In this document: positions 47,884 to 57,120 of the stretch, in pieces
Position numbering within the stretch: position 1 is the stretch's first letter
Layout of the letters: the number at the start of each line of letters is the position of its first letter
Assembly (NCBI GenBank): GCA_038327995.1
Contig: JBBQLP010000010.1
Location: forward strand, 3,851 to 67,850
DNA length: 64,000 nt
Direction: 5' to 3'
Origin: Caulobacterales bacterium
GTDB lineage: Bacteria; Pseudomonadota; Alphaproteobacteria; Caulobacterales; Caulobacteraceae
The notes under the pieces: model-generated
The model's input: the letters and a program-made list of their open reading frames with translations, nothing else
Told to the model about the DNA's origin: nothing
Databases searched by the model: none
Position numbers and translations under genes: made by a program

Positions 47884-48039
47884 GGCGTCACTCCCGAAGA
47901 TTATCGTTGTTCGGAGCGACTATCGCGGGGAAGGCGCAAAGAGGGAAGGGGCTCTAGGGCCATCAACTATGCGCGGCATGGCGAGGGGCGGCGCCTGCCG
48001 TGGAACTATCCGCTGCTCCACCGCGCCCAGCTTGGCTCC

Positions 48040-48546
48040 CTACACCCCGCCGAGGAAGTCCATCTTGCCGACCTCAAGGCCGTTGTGGCGCAGGATGGCG
48101 TAGGCGGTGGTCATGTGGAAATAGAAGTTCGGGATCACGAAGCTGAACAGATATTGCCGGGCGGGGAAGCTCATCTCGCGCGGGCCGAACTTCAGCATGA
48201 TGGTGCGATCCTCCGCGCCCTCGAACTTCGCAGCCGGAACGCCTTCGAGGAAGGCGACGGTCTTGGCGATGCGTTCCTTCAGTTCCGGAAAGCTCGTCTC
48301 GGTATCCGGGAAGCTCGGGATGTCCACCTCGGCCAGCCGCGCCGCGCCGCCCTTGACGCCGTCCGTTGCGATCTGGATCTGCCGGGCGAAGGTCGCCATG
48401 TCGGGCGCGAGGCGGAAATTGATAAGCACGGTAGGGTCGATATTCTTTGCCTCGGTCCAGGCCATCGCCTTGTCGATGATGACGTCCAGGTTCTTCAGTG
48501 AGCGAATGAAGCCCGGCACGGCGGCGTCGTACATCGAAAGGGTCAT
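48040..48546 (-). CDS. DUF1993 domain protein
   Basis: The ATG at 48546 gives a 168-aa protein (MTLSMYDAAVPGFIRSLKNL...FYFHMTTAYAILRHNGLEVGKMDFLG). The rest of ORF 48040..49422 is antisense to the crotonase gene and is rejected. Confidence 0.7.
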   Translation of the reverse strand: MTLSMYDAAVPGFIRSLKNLDVIIDKAMAWTEAKNIDPTVLINFRLAPDMATFARQIQIATDGVKGGAARLAEVDIPSFPDTETSFPELKERIAKTVAFLEGVPAAKFEGAEDRTIMLKFGPREMSFPARQYLFSFVIPNFYFHMTTAYAILRHNGLEVGKMDFLGGV

Positions 48547-48696
48547 GGGTGGTCCTTGGGGTGATCGGATACGGCGCAGATGGGACGCCGGGAGACGGGC
48601 GCAAGGCCGGAGGGGGCAGGGCAAGGCGCCGTCTTCCCCCTTGCCTTCCCCAGCGTCCGCCCGGTCTAGTAGGCGCAGCAGACCCGGAGAAGCCTC

Positions 48697-49581
48697 ATGC
48701 CCGCCCCCACATTCGAGACCCTGATCTACGCCGTGCAAGAGGGCATAGCGACCATCACCCTGAACCGTCCGGACAAGCTGAACGCCTTCACCACAAAGAT
48801 GATGTCGGAGATGATCGCGGTTTTCGACCATACCGACGCGGATGACGCGGTGAGGGTAGTGATCGTCACCGGCGCGGGTCGGGCCTTCTGTGCGGGAGCG
48901 GATCTTTCGGGCGGGGGCGGCACCTTCGACCGCACCAACCCTCAGGCGCTGGAGCGCGAAGAAGGGAAGGTCGGCGACCTCTACCGAGACGGCGGTGGGC
49001 GTGTGACGCTGCGCATATACGAGAGCCTCAAGCCCGTGATCGCGGCGGTGAACGGGGCGGCGGTGGGCGTGGGCGTGACCATGCAACTGCCGATGGACAT
49101 CCGCATGGCCTCCACTGACGCCCGGTTTGGTTTCGTCTTCGCCAAACGCGGCATAACGCCGGAGGCCGCCTCGTCCTGGTTCCTCCCGAAGGTGGTGGGG
49201 CTCTCCACCGCGCTGGAGTGGTGCTTCACCGGGCGGGTGTTCACTGCACAGGAAGCATTTGAGCGGGGCCTGGTGCGTTCGTTGCACGCGCCTGAAGACC
49301 TGCTTCCCGCCGCCCGGGCCCTGGCGCGCGAGATCGCGGACAACACTGCCCCCGTTTCGGTCGCCCTGACCCGCCAGATGCTGTGGCGCATGGCGGGCGC
49401 CGATCACCCCATGGAAGCGCACAAGGTCGATAGCCGCGCCATCCAGGCCCGGGGGGCCTCCGCCGACACAAAAGAAGGCGTGAGCGCCTTCCTCGAAAAA
49501 CGCCCCGCCAGCTATCCCAACACGGTGTCATGCGATCTGCCAGACATCTGGCCGGAGTGGGCGAGACGCGAGTTTCGGTAA
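48697..49581 (+). CDS. enoyl-CoA hydratase/isomerase (crotonase) family protein
   Basis: Motifs: ITLNRPDKLNAF and the oxyanion-hole region VIVTGAGRAFCAGADL, plus PVIAAVNGAAVGVG. Confidence 0.9.
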   Translation: MPAPTFETLIYAVQEGIATITLNRPDKLNAFTTKMMSEMIAVFDHTDADDAVRVVIVTGAGRAFCAGADLSGGGGTFDRTNPQALEREEGKVGDLYRDGGGRVTLRIYESLKPVIAAVNGAAVGVGVTMQLPMDIRMASTDARFGFVFAKRGITPEAASSWFLPKVVGLSTALEWCFTGRVFTAQEAFERGLVRSLHAPEDLLPAARALAREIADNTAPVSVALTRQMLWRMAGADHPMEAHKVDSRAIQARGASADTKEGVSAFLEKRPASYPNTVSCDLPDIWPEWARREFR

Positions 49582-49716
49582 TGGGTGGGGTTCTCACCAA
49601 CCTGTGGGAACCTCGCCCCTGCTCCGGGCGCGCCGAACGGGGAATAGGCGCGAGACAGACGAGAAAATAGAAACTAAACCCCTTGCCTTACTATCCGCGC
49701 CTCGATACTTAGGTGA

Positions 49717-50070
49717 ATGATTAACCAACAGCCAAATCTTGACCGCCTGTTCCACGCCCTTGCCGATCCTGGACGCAGGGCGATGGTGGAGCGGCTGTCA
49801 CGGGGGCCGGTTTCAGTGAGCGATCTGGCGCGGCCGCTTCCCATGTCGCTGCCCGCCGCCATGCAACATCTTCAGGTGCTGGAAAGCTCGGGCCTCGTGC
49901 GCTCCGAAAAGCTCGGACGGGTGCGCACGTGCCGGATCGAACCCGCCGCCCTCAGCCTTGCCGAACAGTGGATCGACGCCCGCCGCGCGGAGTGGGAGCA
50001 CCGCTTCGACCGCCTTGGCGACTATCTGCAGACCCTGAAAACCGAAGGAGACGCCGATGTCGGCGAATGA
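49717..50070 (+). CDS. ArsR/SmtB family transcriptional regulator
   Basis: Pattern: LFHALADPGRRAMVERL...VSDLARPLPMSLPAAMQHLQVLESSGLV. A TTGCCT-17nt-TACTTA promoter-like pair lies at 49683-49711. Confidence 0.88.
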   Translation: MINQQPNLDRLFHALADPGRRAMVERLSRGPVSVSDLARPLPMSLPAAMQHLQVLESSGLVRSEKLGRVRTCRIEPAALSLAEQWIDARRAEWEHRFDRLGDYLQTLKTEGDADVGE

Positions 50071-50755
50071 ACCCGCCCTGACGCTCTATATGCACCCTCT
50101 CGCCGCTTATTGCTGGAAGGTGCTTATCGCGCTGGACGAGAACCAGACGCCTTTCCGACACGAACTGGTCCAGGGCGATCCGAAGACGCAAGAGGTGCTC
50201 TCCAGGCTGGGCCTGATCGGCAAGATGCCGTTGCTACGCGATGCCGCGCGGGACACGGCGGTGTCGGAAACCAGCATCATCGTTGACTATCTTGAGCGCC
50301 ACTATCCCGGTCCCGCCTCACTGATCCCTGCCGATCCCGAGGCGGCGCGCGAGGTTCGGCTCTGGGATCGTTTTTTCGACCTCTACGTCTCTACCCCGAT
50401 GCAGAAGATCGTCGGCGACCGCCTGCGGCCAGAGGGTAAGCGCGATCCGTTCGGGGTGCAGGAGGCCAGAAGCCAGCTTGAGACCGCCTACACCGTGGCG
50501 GAGCGGCGGATGACGGGACTTACTTGGGCTGCGGGAGACCACTTCACCCTTGCCGACTGCTCGGCCTTTCCGGCCCTGTTCTATGCCGATGCGGTGCAGC
50601 CATTCCGCGCCTCGCGGCCTGCTCTCGCCCGCTATTTCGAGCGCCTGTTGGAGCGGCCCTCGGTGCGCCAGACCGTTCGCGCTGCGCAGCCCTATTTTCC
50701 GCTCTTCCCCTACAAAGACGCGCTCGATCCGCGCTTCACCAGCTCTGACTTCTGA
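50057..50755 (+). CDS. glutathione S-transferase family protein
   Basis: It has the GST N-terminal fold (LYMHPLAAYCWKVLIAL, KMPLL, ETSIIVDYL) and a C-terminal helical domain. It overlaps the arsR-family gene by 14 nt. Confidence 0.82.
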   Translation: MSANEPALTLYMHPLAAYCWKVLIALDENQTPFRHELVQGDPKTQEVLSRLGLIGKMPLLRDAARDTAVSETSIIVDYLERHYPGPASLIPADPEAAREVRLWDRFFDLYVSTPMQKIVGDRLRPEGKRDPFGVQEARSQLETAYTVAERRMTGLTWAAGDHFTLADCSAFPALFYADAVQPFRASRPALARYFERLLERPSVRQTVRAAQPYFPLFPYKDALDPRFTSSDF

Positions 50756-50778
50756 CTCGCCAGACCGAAGGACTCCCC

Positions 50779-51732
50779 ATGACCGCTCAGATCGCCCCAA
50801 TCGGAACCCAACCTCCGCCGCTAACTGTATCGCGCGTCTTCAACGCCCCGCGAGAGGTGGTGTTCAGGGCCTGGAGTTCGACCGATCACGTCAAGCGCTG
50901 GTTCTCGCCCGAAACCTACACCGTGCCCGACGCCAAGGTTCAGATGCACGTGGGCGGTCCGTTCGAGGTCTGTATGCGGTCGCCGGGCGGGCAGGAGCAT
51001 TGGAGCCGGGGCGTATTCCTGGAAGTGACGCCGCACGAGCGTCTGGTGATCGAAATGGCGGCCATGGGCGAGGACGGAAAGCCGCTCTTCACCGCTCACA
51101 CCGTCGTCACCTTCGCCGATGACCCCGGCGGCACGCGGATGCAGGTGGTGCAGAGCTACACCTTCACCAACCCGGCCATGGCCGCGCCCATGGTGGCGGG
51201 CGCGCCCGAGGGCTGGCGCACCACGCTGGACAAGCTGGCGGCGGAGATCACACGGGTGCGGGGCGGGGGAACCGGCGTGCGCTCGGTGGTGCACGCGACC
51301 TTCCATCTGGAGCGCACTTATGATGCCCCGGCAAAGCGGGTGTGGCAGGCGCTTTCAGAGGTCGACGCCAAGGCGAAGTGGTTCGCCGGAACGCCCGGCC
51401 AGTGGGAGCTTCTGGAGCGCGCCATGGACTTTCGGGTAGGCGGGCGCGAGCGGGTTAAAGGGCGCTGGGAGGGGGGCGTGGTCTCCACCTTCGACGCGCT
51501 CTACCACGACATCATCCCGGGTGAGCGGATCGTCTATAACTACGAGATGCACCTCGGCGACGACAAGATTTCCGTCTCCCTCGCGACCATGCAGCTCAAG
51601 GCGGCGGGCAAAGGAACGACCCTAATGGTGACGGAACAAGGCACCTTCCTCGACGGCTACGACGACGCCGGGTCGCGCGAACACGGCACCGGGCTGTTGC
51701 TTTATGCGCTGGGAGTTTCGCTGAAGAGCTAG
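50779..51732 (+). CDS. SRPBCC-superfamily protein with two tandem AHSA1 (Aha1-like) domains
   Basis: There are two repeats of the same pattern. The first is FNAPREVVFRAWSSTDHVKRWF...G...V. The second is YDAPAKRVWQALSEVDAKAKWF...G. The ArsR-adjacent context is typical of this family. Confidence 0.75.
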   Translation: MTAQIAPIGTQPPPLTVSRVFNAPREVVFRAWSSTDHVKRWFSPETYTVPDAKVQMHVGGPFEVCMRSPGGQEHWSRGVFLEVTPHERLVIEMAAMGEDGKPLFTAHTVVTFADDPGGTRMQVVQSYTFTNPAMAAPMVAGAPEGWRTTLDKLAAEITRVRGGGTGVRSVVHATFHLERTYDAPAKRVWQALSEVDAKAKWFAGTPGQWELLERAMDFRVGGRERVKGRWEGGVVSTFDALYHDIIPGERIVYNYEMHLGDDKISVSLATMQLKAAGKGTTLMVTEQGTFLDGYDDAGSREHGTGLLLYALGVSLKS

Positions 51733-51827
51733 GCGACGCGGCGAAGACTGGGAGTGCTACATCGCCCCCGCACACCCCCGGTTAACCGGCATCGGCTCTA
51801 ATTGGCGCGATTGCCCGTGGAGCCGCC

Positions 51828-53048
51828 GTGGCCGACGCCCTGCCCATTGACGCCAGCGAGACCGAGGCCGCTCCCGGCAAAGGCCGCGCGCGCCGGGTCT
51901 TGATCCGGCGACTGGCCGATGTGGTGTGCTTGCCCACCAGCCGGGTGAACGCCTTTGAGCGGGCGATGACCGCCGATCTTTTGGTCGAGATGCTGCGCGA
52001 CGGCGAGCCATTGGATCGCCTGCGTGTATCGAAACGCTTGGTCGGGTTGACGGAAATCCCCACGCCCGTCCTGCGGCTTCTACTGCGCGACGAGATCGAG
52101 ATCGCCGCTCCCTTGCTCGACGACGCGACCCTGGTTCCCGACCCGGAGCTGATCCTGTGCGCCCGTGAAGCCACAATCGAACATCGGCGGCTAATCTGTC
52201 GGCGGCGCGAGATTTCCGAACTGGTCTGCGACGCCCTGCTGGAGATGGGCGAGCCAGATGTTGTGGAGGCCCTGTTGCGCAACGAAGGCGCGCGCCTGTC
52301 GGCTTCAGGTCTGGAGGCGGTGGTGGCCGCTTCGCGCGATCACGCCCGCTATCTGCCATGGCTCCTGCGCCGTCGCGAGCTTCGCCCCAGCCACGCCTAC
52401 GTCATGTTCTGGTGGTCAGAGCCCGAGGTGCGCAAGGTGATACTGCAAAGGTTTGCCGTCTCGCGCGAAGTCTTGCAGGACGCGACCGGCGACATCTTCC
52501 CCATGGCCACCGCGGAGGGCTGGCAGGACCCCCTCGTCAGGAAAGCGCTTCAGTTCATCGAGCGGCGCCAGCGCAATCGCTCCGCCATTGAGAAGAGCCC
52601 CTACGCCAGCCTCGACGACGCGATCATCGCCGCGCAGGATGGCATGACCCGCGATCTGGCCTCGGAAATCGCCTACCTGTCGGGGATCAAGCCGACCACA
52701 GGCGCGAAGATCTTCACCGACCCTTATGGCGAGCCCCTGGCGATCCTGTGCAAGGCCACCGGCCTGCCCCGAACGGCCTTGCAGGCCCTGTGGCGGGGGC
52801 TACGGAGACCTGAGACGGACTCCACCGGGGCGTTGAACGCCTCACTGGAGCGCTGTCTTCTCACATACGACATGATGGCGGTCGACCGGGCGCAGACGGT
52901 GCTGCGTTACTGGAACTGGTCGCTCTCCTCAGCCCTCACCCCAGCACTGGTGCGCGCCATCCGCGATGGCGACGCCGAGGCGGTGGACGAATATTCCGCG
53001 CCGCAGCGCGCCGCCATGCTGGCCTTGGCGGACGACTTCAAGTCATAG
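51828..53048 (+). CDS. conserved hypothetical protein, probably DUF2336 family
   Basis: This is a 406-aa helical-repeat-like protein with a GTG start. The family assignment comes from memory of alphaproteobacterial DUF2336 proteins and is not verified. Confidence 0.55.
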   Translation: MADALPIDASETEAAPGKGRARRVLIRRLADVVCLPTSRVNAFERAMTADLLVEMLRDGEPLDRLRVSKRLVGLTEIPTPVLRLLLRDEIEIAAPLLDDATLVPDPELILCAREATIEHRRLICRRREISELVCDALLEMGEPDVVEALLRNEGARLSASGLEAVVAASRDHARYLPWLLRRRELRPSHAYVMFWWSEPEVRKVILQRFAVSREVLQDATGDIFPMATAEGWQDPLVRKALQFIERRQRNRSAIEKSPYASLDDAIIAAQDGMTRDLASEIAYLSGIKPTTGAKIFTDPYGEPLAILCKATGLPRTALQALWRGLRRPETDSTGALNASLERCLLTYDMMAVDRAQTVLRYWNWSLSSALTPALVRAIRDGDAEAVDEYSAPQRAAMLALADDFKS

Positions 53049-53237
53049 GCCCTCCGCGGGTCAGGGTCAGTGCGCCGCGCTCCATGCAACAGCAGTAGTC
53101 ACGACCTCATTCCGCGAACGTCTTTATTCGGAATGAAGGTTGTCATCTGTAACGAAGCTCGGTAAATCAGCTTTCAAGGGTGATAATGGGCCAGTTTCAA
53201 AAACTTCCCTTTGGATGATTAGAGCTAAGAAAACACC

Positions 53238-53645
53238 ATGGATGACCAAGCTGAAATAATCGAAATGACGACCGACATCGTCTCGGCCTATGTAGGCTCC
53301 AATTCTATCGCTGCAGCCGACCTGCCCGCCTTGATCACAAGCGTGTATCGGGCGCTCGGCGCAGTGAACGGCCCGCCTCCGCCCGTGGAGGTCGCGCCCA
53401 AGGAACCGGCGGTGTCGATCAAGAAGTCGATCACCCCCGAATACCTGATCTGCCTTGAGGATGGGCGCAAGTTCAAGTCTCTGAAACGGCACCTGCGCAC
53501 CAAATACAACATGAGCCCCGAGGACTACCGGGCCAAGTGGGGCCTGGCCAAGGACTATCCAATGGTCGCCCCCAACTACGCTCGCGCCCGCTCTGACCTC
53601 GCCAAACAGATGGGCCTGGGGCAAGGTGGTCGCAAAGGGCGGTAG
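53238..53645 (+). CDS. mucR: Ros/MucR family zinc-finger transcriptional regulator
   Basis: The N-terminal oligomerisation region is IEMTTDIVSAYV. The C-terminal block is ITPEYLICLEDGRKFKSLKRHLRTKYNMSPEDYRAKWGLAKDYPMVAPNYARARS. Confidence 0.92.
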   Translation: MDDQAEIIEMTTDIVSAYVGSNSIAAADLPALITSVYRALGAVNGPPPPVEVAPKEPAVSIKKSITPEYLICLEDGRKFKSLKRHLRTKYNMSPEDYRAKWGLAKDYPMVAPNYARARSDLAKQMGLGQGGRKGR

Positions 53646-53668
53646 GGGCTTCCGGGTGGTGTCCTAAA

Positions 53669-54940
53669 CTACCCCGCCGCCAAAGCCGCTGCAAAGGCTC
53701 GTCCGGCGCCCGCCGCCGTCTTCGGTCCCAATACGGCGGTCGCCACGCGTCCAGTGTCGGAAAGCCGCTCTCCCACCCGGCGCAAATCCGCCAGCGTCAC
53801 CGCGTCGAACGAGGCTGCGATCTCGGCTGAGGCGAATAATCGCCCGTAGTAGAGCGCTTGCCCGGCGTTCTGCTCGGCGCGGGAAAGAGGGGATTCGCGG
53901 CGCATGAAGACGCAAGCCTTTACCTGAGCCTTGGCCCGGGCAAGCTCGGTATCCGAAGCCGTCGTGGTCAGTCGTTTGACAATGTCCGCCGCCAGCCTCG
54001 CCGCCTCAACCGCCTTGTCCGCCGCAGTGCCTGCATAGATGCCCAGAAGGCCTACGTCTTCGTAGGTGTCCTCAAAGCTGTCTATATTGTAAGCGAGCCC
54101 CCGCTCTTCGCGTGCTTCCTGGAACAGGCGGGAGGACATTCCGCCGCCAAGAATCTCGGAGAATACCCCCTGCGCATGGATGTCCGGGTGGTGGCGGTCT
54201 ATGGCGGGCATCATCAACACCATATGCGCCTGCTCCAACCGCCGGGTCTCCGTCGCCGCTCCGCCGACGAAGGGCGCCGCGGCAGGCGGGTTGAGCAGTG
54301 CGTCGGGGCCCGTCAGGTCGCCAAACGCGGCCTCGGCCAAGGCGAGCACCTCGGCTTCATCCACCGCGCCCGCCACCGAGACCACCAGCCGGTCCGGCGC
54401 GTAAAGCCCCCGGTGGAAGGCAGACATCAGATCGCGGGTGGCGGGGGCGAGGCTTTCCACCTTGCCGAGGATGGGGCGGGCGAGGGACTGATCCCCGAAG
54501 GCCTGTTCCTGGGCGATCTCGAACACCTTGTCGTCGGGCGTATCAGCGGCCTCTGCGATCTCCTGCGCGACCACGTCCTTTTCCCGCTCCAGTTCAGCGG
54601 GGTCGAGGGTCGGGCGGCGCACAAGATCGGCCAGCACCGCCATGGCGAGGGGAAGCCCGCCCTTCAGGCAGCGCACCTGGAAACTGGTTTTCTCATGTCC
54701 GGTGGCGGCGTTGATCTGGCCGCCTTCGCTCTCGATGGCTTCGGCGATGCCTCGCGCTGTGCGCCCGCCCGCGCCCTTGAACACCATGTGCTCCAGAAGG
54801 TGGGCCCAGCCAGCGGTGGCAGGGCTTTCCCAGCGCGAGCCCGCCTTGAACACCACCGAAAGCGCCAAACTCTCCAGCCCAGGCATAGGATCGGCAATCA
54901 CGCGCACGCCGTTGGAGAGGGTGTGGATGCGAGGGGTCAA
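53669..54940 (-). CDS. M16-family zinc peptidase (pitrilysin/insulinase-like)
   Basis: It has the inverted zinc motif HLLEH in GWAHLLEHMVFKG. It shows the two-domain M16 architecture. Confidence 0.88.
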   Translation of the reverse strand: MTPRIHTLSNGVRVIADPMPGLESLALSVVFKAGSRWESPATAGWAHLLEHMVFKGAGGRTARGIAEAIESEGGQINAATGHEKTSFQVRCLKGGLPLAMAVLADLVRRPTLDPAELEREKDVVAQEIAEAADTPDDKVFEIAQEQAFGDQSLARPILGKVESLAPATRDLMSAFHRGLYAPDRLVVSVAGAVDEAEVLALAEAAFGDLTGPDALLNPPAAAPFVGGAATETRRLEQAHMVLMMPAIDRHHPDIHAQGVFSEILGGGMSSRLFQEAREERGLAYNIDSFEDTYEDVGLLGIYAGTAADKAVEAARLAADIVKRLTTTASDTELARAKAQVKACVFMRRESPLSRAEQNAGQALYYGRLFASAEIAASFDAVTLADLRRVGERLSDTGRVATAVLGPKTAAGAGRAFAAALAAG

Positions 54941-56337
54941 GCGACGCCTCGACGACCTGCGAACGCTCGCACATAGGCGTTCACAGCTTCCGCATCGGCC
55001 GAAAGATGGTCAATCTGTTCGGAGGCGGACATGATGCCTGCGTGGCGGGGGTCAAGCGTCGGAACGAAGCCGGTGGCCGCCTGCACCGCCTCGGGGAACT
55101 TGGCTGGGTGAGCGGTGGATAGGACTATGATAGGCGCGCTAGAGCCACTTTCCATAGCAGCACTTACGCCCACCGCCGTATGCGGGTCGATCACGATGCC
55201 GGTGGTCGAGTGAATGGTTCTGATCGTCTTTGCGGTGAGGTCCTCGGAGACGCTGACGCCCGAGAACAAGGTTCGAATGGTCTTGTGCGCCCCGGAGGGA
55301 ATATCGATCACGCCGGTCTTGGCAAAGGCGCCGAAAGCGCCCGCCGTTTCGGCGTCATCGCGCCCCGTAACTTCGAAATATAGCCGCTCGAAGTTGGAGG
55401 CGACTTGGATGTCCATCGCCGGGCTTTGGGTGGCGACCACCGCGCCGCCGGTGTAGCAACCCGTTTCTATGGCGCGGGCGACGATGTCGTTGGCGTTGGT
55501 TCCGACCACGATCCGCTTGATCGGCAGGCCCATCTTGTGCGCGACGTAGCCTGCAAAGGCGTCGCCGAAATTGCCGGTGGGGACAGCGAAGCTGATCTTG
55601 CGATTCGGCGCCCCCAGCGCCACGGCGCTCGTGAAGTAGTAGACGCTCTGCGCCACGATCCGCGCCCAGTTGATGGAGTTGACGCCCGACAGATCGACCT
55701 CGCCCGCGAAGGCTTTGTCGGCGAACAGGCCCTTCACGATGGCCTGGCAGTCGTCAAACGTGCCCTTCACCGCCACGCACTTTACGTTGGTTGCGCCTGT
55801 GGTGGTCATGAAGCGGCGCTGCACGTCGGAGATGCGGCCCTTGGGAAACAGCACCACTAGCTTCACCCATTTGGAGCGGCCAAAGGCTTCAACCGCCGCG
55901 CCTCCCGTGTCGCCCGAAGTGGCGCAGACGATGGTCAGGGTGCGTTTCTGCTTTTCGAGGACGTGGTCGTAGAGGCGCGCGAGGAGCTGCATCGCCACGT
56001 CTTTGAACGCCAGCGTCGGGCCGTGGAACAGCTCGAGCAGCCATAAATTGCTGTCCAACTGACGGAGCGGCGTCTTGGCCCGGTGCCTAAAGCCTCCATA
56101 CGCATTGCAAACGATATCGGAGACTTCGGTTCGAGTGAGGCAACTCCCCACAAACAGGGAGAGAATGTCCCCAGCGACGGCGGAATAATCCTGACCCGCA
56201 AAGGCGGCGATCTCGTCCTTCGTTAGCGTCGGCCAGGCTTCCGGCACGTAGAGGCCGCCGTCGGGGGCAAGGCCGGCGATTAGGGCGTGGGTGAAATCCA
56301 CCGGGGGGGCCGCGCCACGGGTTGAGATGTAGCGCAT
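54937..56337 (-). CDS. thrC: threonine synthase
   Basis: It has MRYISTRG and the PLP-lysine region GPTLAFKDVAMQ. It also has SGDTGGA. Length is 466 aa. A 4-nt overlap links it to the downstream M16 gene. Confidence 0.93.
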   Translation of the reverse strand: MRYISTRGAAPPVDFTHALIAGLAPDGGLYVPEAWPTLTKDEIAAFAGQDYSAVAGDILSLFVGSCLTRTEVSDIVCNAYGGFRHRAKTPLRQLDSNLWLLELFHGPTLAFKDVAMQLLARLYDHVLEKQKRTLTIVCATSGDTGGAAVEAFGRSKWVKLVVLFPKGRISDVQRRFMTTTGATNVKCVAVKGTFDDCQAIVKGLFADKAFAGEVDLSGVNSINWARIVAQSVYYFTSAVALGAPNRKISFAVPTGNFGDAFAGYVAHKMGLPIKRIVVGTNANDIVARAIETGCYTGGAVVATQSPAMDIQVASNFERLYFEVTGRDDAETAGAFGAFAKTGVIDIPSGAHKTIRTLFSGVSVSEDLTAKTIRTIHSTTGIVIDPHTAVGVSAAMESGSSAPIIVLSTAHPAKFPEAVQAATGFVPTLDPRHAGIMSASEQIDHLSADAEAVNAYVRAFAGRRGVA

Positions 56338-57065
56338 CAGGCTAACTTCCTACGCCGGGCGATCTGGGTGGCGATGTAGACACCGATCAGGGCGCCCGCG
56401 AGGCCGAACCAGGTGAGGGCGTATTGCAGGTTGTCGCGCACCTCCACCGGCAGGGGCGTGGGCTTTGGCCCAAGCGGGCCGGAGCCGGGGCTTTCCAGAA
56501 TCAGGAACAGGGGAAGCGGATTAGCCGCGTGCAAGGCCGTGGCCAGGGCGGGCAGGTCCCGGCCATACCAGCCGCCAGAGGCCGCGTTGTGCTTGGGGTT
56601 GGCGAAGTTGGGTGGGGGCGCGCGACGCAACACACCTATCACCGGCGCGGTGTTCAACGCCTCGCTATTAGGCCCTGAAACTGCCTCCTGCGGTGTAAAG
56701 CCCCGGTCCACCAGCACCGAGCCATAGGGCGCATCCATGAGAGGGCAGGCGACGACGGTGCGCCAGCCGGGTCCGTTGTCCGTCAGGCTATAGACCCGCA
56801 CGGAAGGGGAGCGAAACAGGGTGGGGCAGGCGAACTGCACCCGCACGAAATCGAGGCTGACACGCCGATCGCCCACGCGCTTCAAAACCACGTCCAAGGG
56901 CTTGGGCGCCGCGCCTTGCAAGGCTGCCACCGCCGCCAGCATCCGGGAGTTCTCGGCCTTGCGCTGAAGCTGCCAGACGCCAAGCCCGATCAGAATGGCG
57001 ACCCCAATCGCCACAAGCACAGGCGCAAGGACGCGGCTGGCGCGCAGGGGCTTACGCCGTGGCAT
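56337..57065 (-). CDS. SURF1-family cytochrome oxidase assembly protein
   Basis: The ATG at 57065 gives an N-terminal TM plus GVWQLQR(K) motif and a C-terminal TM (YALTWFGLAGALIGVYI). It follows ctaE. Confidence 0.85.
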   Translation of the reverse strand: MPRRKPLRASRVLAPVLVAIGVAILIGLGVWQLQRKAENSRMLAAVAALQGAAPKPLDVVLKRVGDRRVSLDFVRVQFACPTLFRSPSVRVYSLTDNGPGWRTVVACPLMDAPYGSVLVDRGFTPQEAVSGPNSEALNTAPVIGVLRRAPPPNFANPKHNAASGGWYGRDLPALATALHAANPLPLFLILESPGSGPLGPKPTPLPVEVRDNLQYALTWFGLAGALIGVYIATQIARRRKLA

Positions 57066-57120
57066 GAGGGCAGTTGGCGATGATGAGGGCGCCCGCGCCC
57101 GCGCCCGACGCCATGACGAC

